This document shows, in pieces, positions 1 through 11,843 of a stretch of DNA of 64,000 bases. Source of the DNA: Eledone cirrhosa (Eukaryota); NCBI GenBank assembly GCA_964016885.1, contig OZ024741.1, forward strand, positions 133,920,001 through 133,984,000. The letters are read 5' to 3'. The notes under the pieces were generated by a model that worked only from the letters and a program-made list of their open reading frames with translations, was not told where the DNA came from and searched no databases. How positions within the stretch are numbered: position 1 is the stretch's first letter; the number at the start of each line of letters is the position of its first letter. The translations under genes were made by a program, and so were the position numbers.

Positions 1-102
1 CACCATGGTTTTACGTGAATTGGATATCCAGTTTTATAAATGTGTATTAATACCGATATCTGCCTGTTTTTGTCGTAATATGCAGAGTGTCTATATCAAG
101 TA

Positions 103-290
103 ATAATTGTTTCTACTTTTGGCACAAGGTCAGCAATTACCCAGTACATTACTGGTACTTTATTTTATCGACCCCGTAAGGATGAAAGGCAAAGTTAACC
201 TCGGCGGGATTTGAACTCAGACCGTAAAGGGACGTAACTATGCTGGAAAGCATGGCGTCCGACTCTCTACTGATACTGCCAATCCACCGC
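103..290 (-). mobile_element. tRNA-derived SINE (family A, Meta-core-like)
   Basis: Reverse complement reads GCGGTGGATTGGCAG...GAGTTCAAATCCCGCCGAGG (A/B-box-like) followed by TTTGCCTTTCATCCTTACGGGGTCGATAAAATAAAGTACCAG; about 12 copies in the window. Confidence 0.85.
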
Positions 291-689
291 AAGTAATAAT
301 ATACATATATATTATCTATAAGGTGAGAGAGAAAGAGAGAGAGATTATAATAATTAAAGGTTAATATGTGATATTGTATTCTTGAACAGTTCGTGTAATT
401 CATTTGACATCTGCTATGTTGAAGTGGTTGTCACACTGTAATTAGTTTGTACACAAATAGAACCTATCTTCTATAAATCATGTATCATGTTATCAAGTGA
501 GTTAAGAGTTAATGTCTGGGATTTTCTTCGACAGTTCGATATGTATGGATATATTCAAGAAGAGCCTTTGGTTAAGGTGTAGAATTCACGTCTGAAATCT
601 CAGTTTTCCATGTCTGAACACAGCCAATATCTTCTATAGAAAGACAGAGAGAAAAGAAACGAGAAAGAGATATAGAGGAAGAATCGACT

Positions 690-815
690 CCAGTACTAAA
701 CTGGTACTTTATTTGTAGACTTCGAAAGGATGAAAGTCAAAGTTGACCTCAGCGGGATTTGAACTCAGTGCGCAGAGAGCCAAAAAGAATAACGCAAATC
801 ATTCTATTCAACGAA
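690..815 (-). mobile_element. Degenerate SINE family A fragment
   Basis: GATGAAAGTCAAAGTTGACCTCAGCGGGATTTGAACTCAG matches the SINE core. Confidence 0.7.
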
Positions 816-838
816 TATATATATATATATAAAGATTT

Positions 839-908
<70 letters not shown>

Positions 909-1020
909 CAGTATATATACTGTATATATATACTCGTATATACAGTATATATCTAAAGATTTACACAGATATCTTCTGTGTATATATATATATATCTGTG
1001 TGTGCGTGTGCGTGTGTGTA
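815..1020. repeat. (TA)n/(CA)n microsatellite block
   Basis: Direct inspection. Confidence 0.95.
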
Positions 1021-1184
1021 CCAGTCAAGTACCAGTCAAGTAATATTGGGTGGTCAATTTATTCGACTTCCCTCCACCACTCAAAAGAAACCTTTATTCA
1101 ATTGATATAAAATGCAAGTCATAACATAATCTGCGTGAAGTAGAACTGAAAAAAAAAAAACATTTATTTCATCATTGATGAACA

Positions 1185-1300
1185 CGAGGTACGTTCCTTT
1201 ACGTTCTTAGTTCAAATCCCGCTGAGGTTAGCTTTGCCTTTCATCCTTACGGGGTCAATAAAATATAGTACCAGTAATGCACTGGGTTGATTTAATCGAA
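1185..1300 (+). mobile_element. SINE family A, partial
   Basis: GTTCAAATCCCGCTGAGGTTAGCTTTGCCTTTCATCCTTACGGGGTC core. Confidence 0.75.
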
Positions 1301-1309
1301 TCCCCCCCC

Positions 1310-1510
1310 CCCTGACACAGAAAAGAGCTGTACAAAAGAGCAGGGACAGCGGGATTTACATTAGGAAAAAAAGGAAAACGGGTAAAAATTAACAATAAAT
1401 TAATAATAGCAGAATTCCTAAATAAGGGCAAGGGGAGCATCACCCAGGGTTAATTTATGAACCCCTACTGATCTGAAACCACCCCAATCACCAAGAGTAC
1501 TGTAGGAAGG
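1310..1510 (-). mobile_element. Possible Tx1-type LINE 3' UTR remnant
   Basis: Minus strand TGTAAATCCCGCTGTCCCTGCTCTTTTGTAC loosely resembles the Tx1 3' UTR ends at 8542-8600 and 16608-16680. Confidence 0.3.
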
Positions 1511-2017
1511 TGTGTGCCCCCCCCCCCCCCGAACTCTCCAGTCAACAGGCACAAGCTCAAAGATCGACCCCGTTGAACAACTGTATAAGGTCTGGGATTT
1601 TTTGTTTTTTGTTTTTTTTATGGTTTTATGGTTTCAAGCAGAAACTCCTTGTTTTACCTCGAGGATTAAGCCGGGTCCTCAAGGTACAGAACCCAAATAC
1701 CGTTATTGTCCTTATGTATGCTTAGTGGTAGAATGGTTGCAAACAAAACAACTGGTCGTTAGTTGAAGCGATAATATTATACAAATAATAGATTGGTGTG
1801 TAGAGTTTACTGCTCTCCCCTCCCCCAACACCACCTCATACTTTCACTATTTCATTATTTATTTCTCTTTTTTTTTTATTTTTATTGCAAACATTAAATA
1901 ATTCAATTAGTGTTTGTGAGCAGAAAATATCAGCGATTTGACAAATATCAACTTCATAAAGAAATACCAACAATACTAACAAACTAATAGGCTGCTTAGG
2001 GTTTGTAAATGTTGAGA

Positions 2018-2236
2018 GGGCAGAATCGGTAGAGCGTCGGACAACATGCTTTACGGCATATAGTTAAGACTCTTTGCATTCTGAGTTCAAATCCCGCTGA
2101 GGGATTTGAACTCAGAATGCAAACTTCATCATTTCAAGGGTCTATAAAACAAAATACCAGTAACACACTGAGGTCGATTTAATAGATTTTCCCCTTCCCA
2201 CCAAAATTGCTGACCTTGTTCTGAAATTAGAAATCA
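2018..2236 (+). mobile_element. SINE family A copy with internal 23-bp fold-back
   Basis: SINE head GGCAGAATCGGTAGAGCGTCGGAC and B-box; 2073-2095 is inverted at 2101-2123. Confidence 0.75.
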
Positions 2237-2604
2237 TTGTTTGTGGACATTGTTGTTGTTTAACTCCAGGTCATCTCTGATCTAGTAAATACATTCCAGT
2301 TGCAACCATTCCGTTTTTACTCCTTTATACAGAGAACAAGGAATCACACTGTCTAATGTGTCCTTTTATAATTTGGTAGAAGAAGGAGGCGAAGAAGAGA
2401 GAAAAACTTCGGATTGTAACTGCATTAAAATTTAGTGTAGATGTAGTTGAAATAAAAACGTAATTGACAAATAAAAAGCATGTTACAGTGGATTTAGGCT
2501 TCCAAAGTAAATACATTTCTTTTACGTTTTTCTTCTATTTTGTTAACTGTCAATTGTTTTGAATCTAATTACATTCACTTCGTTTCACAGTGCATTGCTG
2601 GATG

Positions 2605-3130
2605 TACAATTACAACAGTGACAACAACAATGACAACAACAGTGACAACAACAATGACAACAACAGTGACAACAACAATGACAACAACAGTGACAACAAC
2701 AATGACAACAATGACAATAACAACATCGATGACAACAGCAACAGTTACAATAACAATGACAACAACAGTGACAACAACAATGACAACAACAGTGACAACA
2801 ACAATGACAATAACAATGACAACAACAATGACAACAACAGCATCAATGACAATAACAGCATCGATGACAACAGCAACAGTCACAATAACAATGACAACAA
2901 CAGTGACAACAACAATGACAACAACAGTGACAACAACAATGACAACAACAGCATCAATGACAACAGCTATAAAAATAACAATGATAACAGCAACAGTGAC
3001 AACAACAAGAATGACAACAATAACAACAACAGCTACAATGTCAACAACAAGAACGATAACGACAACGACAACAACAACAACAACAACAACAATAACAGCA
3101 ACAACAACTTTAATATCAACAACAACAACC
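2605..3130. repeat. AAC-based minisatellite (12/24-bp ACAACAACAATG/ACAACAACAGTG units)
   Basis: Tandem degenerate units; explains the T-, V- and N-rich ORFs in the track. Confidence 0.9.
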
Positions 3131-3250
3131 ATACGTCTATGTTTGTATTACAGGAATAACAGGAATAAAGTGTAAACATTACAAGAATTCATTTCGTTGA
3201 AATGTGTAAATATTGTTGACATTTTATAAGACTTCCCCTTTCCTACATAT

Positions 3251-3862
3251 ACATGGTGGCTGCCAACTCGTCTTCGAGTACGGCCACTACTTTATATCCA
3301 TGTAGGAGAACCCCTAATGATGCGCTGAACGAGTGTGACTTTTTAGTCCAGCCAGCGACTTGAAAACTCTGGTACAAACACTACACTTGTGACAATTATT
3401 GACACATAGTGCTGGGCCCATGGTACCATGTGAGGACAAGTGCAGAGAGATCTCCAGATATAAAGCAATGCCTGTGCCGTGAAGCTTTTATAGTGAGCAA
3501 AGGCACTGCGCAAAGCCAGTCCCACTCTCTTAACCAAGATGATATTTACCAAAAAGAAGAACAAGTCAACATCATTGGATACCATCAGAGTTGCAGGTGT
3601 TAAATCAGAGTTTTCCTTCTCCTAGAATTCTGCCTTGACAAAGGCTAAGGGGTCATCTCTCCCGGTGATTTTGGATGGCCATTGACTCTTAAGAGCTCCT
3701 TTGCCCTTTGACAGGTTTTGTTTTTAGTCCTGCAGGATGTCCAAAGTCACCCTCCTCACCAAGAAACCTTGGTGGGGTTGCCAGTTTAGTCGCCAACGAC
3801 CCGACCACGAGACAGGTTGCACTGGGATACATGTTACTAGTAGCACCAACTGGTGACCTGAC
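3251..3862 (-). mobile_element. Non-autonomous retroposon with RTE-like 5'UTR motif and TATG-type tail
   Basis: About 410 bp are near-identical (inverted) to 36126-36537; contains CTAGGAGAAGGAAAACTCTGAT, a motif recalled from RTE-clade 5' UTRs. Confidence 0.65.
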
Positions 3863-4190
3863 ATACATAGACTCATATATACACACACACATACACAGGC
3901 ACACATATATACACACACAGAGGCACGCACACACACACACATCCTCATATTCAGGCGCTCGGACACACACACACATATACACAGGTACACAGACATATAA
4001 ACAGGCACATATACACAGATACACATAGGCACACGCGCGTGCGCGCACATACATACACACAGAGGCACACACACACATTCACATATACAGGGGTGCGTAC
4101 ATACACACATATACACAAGCACATACACACTCACACACACACTCACTCCCTCTCTCTCACACATACACGCACACACACACACACTCTCAC

Positions 4191-4224
<34 letters not shown>

Positions 4225-4296
4225 ACATACACGCACACACTCTCTCTCTCTCACACACATACATACACACACACCCTCTCTCTCTCTCACTCTCTT

Positions 4297-4326
<30 letters not shown>
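3863..4326. repeat. Degenerate (CA)n/(CT)n microsatellite
   Basis: Direct inspection. Confidence 0.95.
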
Positions 4327-4327
<1 letters not shown>

Positions 4328-4924
4328 AATTAAACGAGTATCATGTCGGTTTAGGCAATAAGTTGAATTTTCCAGTTGCTCGATCCACGGAATTTGCAAC
4401 TCATTGAATTGTGTAGAAGTGGGTGGTGGGTGGCATTCCACAGCCGCATGTAGTATTTATGTAATGCTCAGAGAGAATCAGTGTGACTTCTTGTCGTTGT
4501 TGTTGGTGGTGGTAGTGTCGTTGTCGTTATTGTTGTTGTTTAGCCCTGACGTATGATTAGAGAAACAATTCATGTGACCAAGCCGCAGGGGCAATTCTTC
4601 CTATAGTTCTGCATATCGAAATTCATTCAAGAGGCTAAGATCGAATCGAGACCATGGAAAACGACACTTGCCTAAAATAATGTGCATTATAATGGAGAAA
4701 GAATGAAAAACTACACAGTTTTGAAGTGAACTGCTTAAAACCACACTCCCATCTGTCCATTCAATTTGAGGTAGAAAAAGTCCTGTTATGTAGTTCATTC
4801 GATACTCCAGCGTTTATTCAACTCGTCCACTCCAAAAGCTTTTGAAAATATATTCATTTTATTGGCGAAATGAAAAAAAAATGAAGGATTTGATTCAGCT
4901 TAGTTCAGAAATTGTCAACATATA

Positions 4925-5040
4925 GTCGCAATGTTGTGTTGTGGTTAGATAATTGGATTCGCAATCGTGAGGCTACGAGTTCGATTCCCGGACCGGGCGA
5001 TGCGTTAGGGGTTTGAGTAAGATACTTTATTTCACGATGC
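4925..5040 (+). mobile_element. SINE family B fragment (tRNA head)
   Basis: GTGGTTAGA...GAGTTCGATTCCCGG A/B boxes followed by TTTATTTCACG shared with the copy at 5215. Confidence 0.55.
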
Positions 5041-5212
5041 CCCTTCAGCCAGGAGTTGTAGCTGGTGGATAGTATCAGCAATGGAAAGACCAATGGTAAC
5101 ATTGTTTCTTTGGTCCGATTTGACGAGTTCCACCCCACTCGGTAAGCGAACGAGGCCTGGAATTTTGTCGATCGATTTCTTTTCTTTTTTCCCTATTTAC
5201 AGAATTAGGAAG

Positions 5213-5530
5213 GTGTGTGGCTTTGTGGTCAGGGTGTTTGGCTCACGATCGTAAGGTCATCAGCTCGACTCCTGACGTCACGTTGGGACCTTGGGCAAAA
5301 CATTTTATTTCACGTTGTCTCACTCCACTCAGTTGGCAAAAATGTTGTACCTGTAAATCGAACAATCAGCATTGTCACATTCTGTGTCATTCTGAATCTC
5401 CCTGAGAACTACGTTAACGGTTCACGTTTCTGTGGAATGCTCAGTCACTTGCATGTTAATTTCACGAGCAGGTTGTTCCGTTGATCAAATCAACTGAACG
5501 CTCGTCGTCGTAAACGACGGAGTGCCTGTT
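5213..5530 (+). mobile_element. SINE family B (CORE-like, tRNA-derived)
   Basis: TGGCTTTGTGGTCAG head, CCTTGGGCAAAACATTTTATTTCACG core, ends in a TTTA tail. Confidence 0.6.
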
Positions 5531-6389
5531 TATTTATATAGAATTATTTGCTAATAATTATGAAAATCACCAGGAGAAGATTATGATCATCAAAAATATT
5601 GTTATTCCAATATAAAATGAAATCCCAATAGTGTGACCGAATGAATGGTTCCCGACAGCCATTTATTTCCCAGTTCTCGTTAATCTAGTCAGTTGGGTCG
5701 AAGTTTATACAGAAAAAATCTCTAATCGATAATCACAATAAAAAGTTAATAGTGAAAGCATGTTTTCTGTTTCTCCTGACATTTCTGAAACATCAACAAC
5801 TCTTCAAATTTATAGGTGGGAATCATCATAATTTTCAATATGATATTTATGTTTTCGAAAGTGTTTCTTCTTGACTGGCTAATTCATCACACACATCTTT
5901 CACCTGTCTTATCAAGCTGACCTTTTCCGGCTTTTCGGGTGACATAATTGAATTTGTTTTCGATTTATAGATTAGCTGTTCGAAAGATATATTTTTTAAG
6001 GAAAGTATGTTCACCACCCTAATATGCATACCATAGGAAACTGAATTGACCAAAATTTGATAAAACCGTCAAATTATATTTGTTTAAATTTCGGTTATCA
6101 AGAGAAAAGAGAACGCTGATGAACTAGGTAATAGGAGATTGAGTTAGTAGCAAAAAAGTTGTTGGTAGTTCGTATCCTATAGAAGGCACTACATTGAGTC
6201 TGTGGCTAAATTATTGAGTCCACAAAGCCATAGCCCTCTAAGTTTATACTGTTATTGTCGGCCTAAATCAACCCTGATTGAATCGACAAATTACGTCAGT
6301 TGTATCAATCCAGCTTGGAGCTAACGATCAAACGTAACGGAGTTACCATGTAGGAAATAAACTTTAAGACAGAAATTACATAATCTCCT

Positions 6390-6660
6390 TATAACATATA
6401 ACCAGCAATTTCTCTGTCTGTCTGTCCGACAGTGGAAACACGTGCGCGCGTGGTTGCTATCTCTCTCTCTCTCCAGCTATCCCCCTCTTTTAGTCTGTCT
6501 GTTTCTCTCACTCTCACTATTTCTCTTTGTAACACACTAACATTCCTCCCCTCTATCGCTGTGACGAATGGAGAGATGGCGGAGGAGGAAGAGGAGAGAG
6601 TCACTTCGTCACTTCACCTCTGCCTTTCTTTCTCTCCCCTCTAACTCCCTCATTACGTAC
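6390..6660 (+). mobile_element. Non-autonomous Helitron-like 5' fragment
   Basis: ATATAACCAGCAATTTCTCTGTCTGTCTGTCCGACAGTGGAAACACGTGC is shared with 13979-14036, which begins with TC. Confidence 0.45.
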
Positions 6661-6669
6661 AGACATTAG

Positions 6670-6860
6670 GGCGGTGGATTGGCAGAATCTGTAGAGAGTC
6701 GGACACCATGCTTCATAGCATGGAGTTACGTCCCTTTACGGTCTGAGTTCAAATACCGCCGAGGTTAACTTTGCCTTTCATCCTCACGGGGTCGATAAAA
6801 TAAAGTACCAGTAATGTACTGGGTAATTGCTGGCCTTGTGCCAAAAGTAGAAACAATTAT
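6670..6860 (+). mobile_element. SINE family A, full length
   Basis: Head GGCGGTGGATTGGCAG, B-box, core and AGAAACAATTAT tail. Confidence 0.88.
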
Positions 6861-6979
6861 TAGAAACATTGCTTCATTTTTACATATCTAAGCATTAGTA
6901 AAATAACTAATAATTTCAAAAGTAATTTTTCAATTCCAATTGTTATGAACAGCAAAACATTCATAATAATTTTGTTCTA

Positions 6980-7081
6980 AGAAATATATATACATTTCTG
7001 TGTGTGTAATATATATATATATACACACACAGAAATATATATATATACACACAGAAATATATATACATTTCTGTGTGTGTA

Positions 7082-7112
<31 letters not shown>

Positions 7113-7186
7113 GAAATATATATACTTTAAGGAAAGTAAATATATATATAGACTAGAACTGTTTCATTCTTGAGAAATCACCAGGA

Positions 7187-7261
<75 letters not shown>

Positions 7262-7325
7262 TTAGTTTCAAAAGATCCCGTTAAGGGTGAAAGCAGCGAT
7301 TCTTTGCTTAAACTTTAATCTTTTA

Positions 7326-7413
<88 letters not shown>

Positions 7414-7981
7414 AATATAAATGTACGCATGTAATATATTAATAATATATATATAATGTATGTATATATAATATATAATATATAATATATATATATATGT
7501 TAGTAAATACGAAGAAATATTTATACTATTCCACACACATATAATATATATGTTATGTCGTCGACCACTGATTCCAACAACCAGCGTTCTAGGCCAGCAC
7601 GTGACACCTGCGTTCCCAGCCATGGCACGCGCGACATTGGAGTAGTTACCATGGAGATCTAGCCAGACACAGCCGGATTCTTTGAATTTACAGACGACAA
7701 CTTTAAGACTGGCTTTTGGTGTTTTAACCAACTCACTGAGGCTGAGCATATAATATATATATATGTGTGTGTGTGTTATATGTGTGTATGCGTGTGTGTG
7801 TGTGTGTTATATGTGTGTGTATGCGTGTGTGTGTATTATATGTGTGTTATATGTGTGTGTGTATGTGTGTGTGTATGTGTGTGCGTGTGTGTGTTATATA
7901 TGTGTGTGTGTGTTATATGTGTGTGTGTATGTGTGTGCGTGTGTGTGTTTTATATATGGATGTGTGTTATATGTGTGTGTG

Positions 7982-8021
<40 letters not shown>

Positions 8022-8255
8022 GATAGATATATATTATATATATATTTTATATATGTATATTATGTGTGTCTCTATATATATACATATATATAGGTTTAAG
8101 TGTGTATGTGCGTGTGTATGTGCGTGTGTATGTGTGTGTTAGCGTGTGTGCATATGTGCGTATGTATGAGTGTGTGTATGGTATGTGTGTGTTAGCGTAT
8201 GTGTCTGTATGCGTGTTTGTCTGTCTGTGCGTGTGTCTGTGTGTATCTGTGTAAG

Positions 8256-8292
<37 letters not shown>

Positions 8293-8300
8293 AGGAATTC
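6980..8300. repeat. (TA)n/(TG)n microsatellite-rich region with short unique islands
   Basis: Direct inspection. Confidence 0.9.
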
Positions 8301-8487
8301 ATAAGTTTCCTAAAATATGTCTGTATGCTTAATTTTTCTTAAAAATTATAAACTGGTTCTTCCTGTCAGAGATAATAATCTGATTTGAGAATAATGCATC
8401 TCAAAATATTAACATGGGTGTATATATATATGTATGTGTGTGTGTGTCTGTGTTTGTGTGTTTGTGTGTGTGTTAAATATATATCGA

Positions 8488-8523
8488 CTAGCAGAAAACC
8501 ACCCACCGGGTGGTTTTCTGCTA
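8488..8523. repeat. Helitron-type terminal hairpin CTAGCAGAAAACCACCC-ACC-GGGTGGTTTTCTGCTA
   Basis: Inverted repeat homologous to 14494-14529 and 29565-29606. Confidence 0.7.
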
Positions 8524-8755
8524 TCTGCTTATATATATATATTTCTTTATTTACCATAAAGGCATAAAAAGAAGGGGCAAATACAAAGGGGGAGTTTACA
8601 TAAAATCGAGTAAAAAGGGTATAAAATGAAAATAATCGAAAACGACCTCAAAAGGGAGGGGACGTGATGGGGGTTGCACACACCCCCGAAAAGTGTGCAA
8701 TCCTTTGCCCGGGGAGCACATGGAGAAGGTGCTCCCCTCTCCTTCACTTCTTTAC

Positions 8756-11700
8756 CTACAGGATGGTATACAGAGAAGGCCCATTTACACGAGCCATTCT
8801 CGCCACTATCACCCACCGTTCATAAAACTGCCTGTGGCCAAGCACCTCTCTCTCCATTCTTATCCTTCTTCCGAAGTGATATCGGAAGAAGTAGACCAGA
8901 CTATGGCCAGAGAGGAAGTTGCCTGACCTCAGACCTTTCAATCGTGTCCACCAAACAACCTCTTTCAACATGGCTATTACGCACAGAAAAACCGCCTTTG
9001 CTTCCTTTGTGAAGAGGGGAGGCGGCTTGATTGTCATCACGGACTCGGCGGTCAATCGAATCGGCGCCACCCGCGACAGCAGTCGTTCGGCGTAGCCCCA
9101 CAGATCAGCCACGCCCGGACATTGCACCAATGCGTGCGCAACGGTTTCTTCGTGACGCACGCATCTAGGGCAAATCTTTTTCGAGGGATCCCTGCCCGGG
9201 TGCCCGTGTCTGTAGAGCATCTCTCGAACGGGTAGAGCCCCCGGTAGCACTGCCAGGCTAGTGACTTCTGGAAGTTGTCCATTGGTCCCGGGCCGAAAGT
9301 CCTACCGAACAGGCTGGCCAGTTCGTCCTCTTCCATGTCCAGCGACTCTCCAAGGGTGTCATCGCCCCTGCTAGCCACCAGCCCTCTATAGAATGATGAG
9401 GTGGATTCTCCACCGATGGCCTGGCCCGCTTGCCAGAGAGCCCTGAGCGCCTGGGCACACTCAGTGTGCCAGTCTCCCAGTTTTCCGGATCTTTGCTTGA
9501 CCCAGGACTGCAGCTCGGTGAGCGAGACGAGTCTCGGAAAGGCTCGTTTCACGAACGGAGCCCACACCGGTTGACCAGTGAGGAATACCTGTAGGTGCCG
9601 TAGCCTTAATGCGTGCCTACGCATCATCAACCACGGCATCCCCAGCCCTCCTCTCGAACGTTGTTGGCAGCAGATGGATCTTCTCACCATAGGAGGGCGC
9701 TTCTTCCAAAGAAATTGGAAGAGCATGCATTCCATGGTGGTGAGTGTTTCCTTATGGCAAGGCACGACAGTCAGGCGGTAGTAAGTGACGGACGCTATGT
9801 AAATGTTCGCCACCTCCGCCCGACCTTTTAGGGACAGCTTACACTTGGCCCATTTCTGGGTTAGTGCAAACACCTTGTTCGTAACCTCGTCCCAGTTCTT
9901 TTCCACCTGGAGGTCCGGTCCAAACCAGACCCCAAGCAACTTCACCGGGCCATCCGTCCAGTGTCCGACGACACCGTCGGGAGGCATCGGTCTGCCTCTC
10001 CACGTTCCGAGTTGCAGCCCGATGGATTTTTCCCGGTTCAGTTTCGCTCCTGACAACCTTTCGTAATCCTCCAGTAAGGTACCGATCGCCTCGATCTCCG
10101 AGTCGGTCGATACCATTACTGTTACGTCATCGGCGTAGGCCGACACCGCTTTGCTCAATCCTGGTTCCAGGGGGATGCCCTGCAACAACTCCAACTTCCT
10201 CAGTAAAGGCTCGAGAGTCAATACGTACAGAAGGGCGGAGAGAGGGCACCCCTGTCGAATGGATCGTGTGATTTCGAACGGCTTCGAAAGGTAGCCGTTC
10301 ACCTTGATCCTAGAACAGATGTGGTTGCTATGTAAGGCAGTGATCCAGCCTCTGAAAACAGGACCGAACCCAGCCGCCGCTAGCACCGCATCCAGGTAAC
10401 CATGGTCGACCCTATCGAAGGCCTTAGACTGATCCAAGTTGATCAGGGCCCCACCGAAGCCGGGTTTGTTGCCAACCCTCTCTATGATGTATCGCATGAG
10501 GTGGAGGTTATCGTGAATGGACCTGGATGGAATAGCACATGTCTGCGCATCTCCCACCAGGCCACCCAAGACGAGCGCCAACCTCTTTGCTAACACCTTG
10601 GCCAAAATCTTTAACTTTGTGTTTAGCAGGGTTGTGGGCCGAAAATTATTTATACTATACCTTGTTCTCGTCCTTCCTCACCAGCGAGACTACGCCCTTA
10701 GCTTCTGTCACGCGGGCCCAGCCAACGGCTTTGACCCCCTCATTACCTAGAGCACGTATTTTACTTCGAATGACGCAGACTTCGTGCTTTGCATCGAAAA
10801 ACTGGTTCAAGGCCGTCCTCGATGCCAGCACTCTGGCCACATCTTCGCTCTTGATTGCCTCTTCTAATTTACCTGTTAATTCTTTCTCGTTTCTATTCCT
10901 ATCGGCAGCTAACATCTTGCTATAACTTATTGATTCTGTTCTAATCTCTCTTTTGAGAGATGCCCACCATCGGTTGTTGACGATTGCACCCGTCAACCTC
11001 TCCTTAACTAATCTGCTAATCCGGTTTCTGTAAGTCTCTTTTGCCGGTAAAGACAAATTAAGTTTCCAGTAACCGGGACCCTGTTTATGTGTTTTCTCGA
11101 GATTGACTACGCAGGTCACTAATTTGAGATCCGTATAGCCAACCGTGAGCATTTCTGGACAGCTTAATATGTCCCTATCCTTACTTCTAACTAAGAATCT
11201 ATCTAAGTACGATCTAGATTGACCACTGTGGTTCGTCCAAGTCCAGGTTGGCACAGTTGGAAAATCTAGTCGATATCTATCGACCAAGTTAAAACGGTCG
11301 AGTAACCCCTTGAGGCTGTTACACCCCCCCCCCTCTATTAGGACATGCTCCTGCATAGTCCCAACGTGCATCTAGGATGTCATTCCAATCCTCCGCTAGA
11401 AGCAGGGAACGCGACGTTCCCAGAAAAGTCTCCAAACGCTGGAAGAAGTCGGGCCGTTCCGCTCCGAAAGGGGAGTAGACGGCGACCAGTCTCAAGGCCG
11501 CACCTTCACTGCTGCCAACGTCTAGCACCAACAAACGACCCTCCGGGTCCGAGTGAACAACCTGTACAGCGAGACCCAGGTGTTTTTCCAGCAGTACGAC
11601 AACCCCACCCCCACCTCCAGGTTGACAGAGAGATGCATGCACCTCAAAGTCATCGAAGGTAGGGGCTAGCTGCCGCACGATGCTGATCCGAGTCTCACAG

Positions 11701-11810
11701 ATAACCATTACATTTATACCACGTGACCTGAGGTCATTTAGAAGCTTTGCTTGCTTCCAAGTTGAGCCCAGGCCACGTGCATTCAAACATCCTACTCTTA
11801 ACACATCCAT
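8756..11810 (-). pseudogene. Tx1 ORF2 (APE endonuclease, reverse transcriptase, zf-RVT), frameshifted
   Basis: Fragments CLNARGL, SYLDRF, LDQSKAFDRVDH, RQGCPLS, AYADDVTV and CPRC...ETVAHALVQC spread over four frames. Confidence 0.92.
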
Positions 11811-11843
11811 GTGGGCGGCAAAGCCAAAGGAGAGTGTAGAGAC

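Noticed and set aside
2540-3175. Thr-rich, Val-rich and Asn/Asp-rich ORFs of 185-211 aa
   Set aside because: All three are readings of a stop-free AAC minisatellite, with no domain or gene context.
3689-4329. CVCV/HTHT ORFs here and at 7763-8254, 16390-17198, 18137-18476, 26313-26874 and 27954-28394
   Set aside because: These are translations of microsatellites.
4935-5000. tRNA gene
   Set aside because: A/B boxes are present, but there is no complete cloverleaf and the sequence continues into a SINE body.
5847-6053. 68-aa ORF
   Set aside because: No recognisable motif or splice context.
7150-7190. Minus-strand CTGGTGA...GAAACAGTTC hammerhead-like word
   Set aside because: The core is mutated, helix II is weak and there is no helix I pairing.
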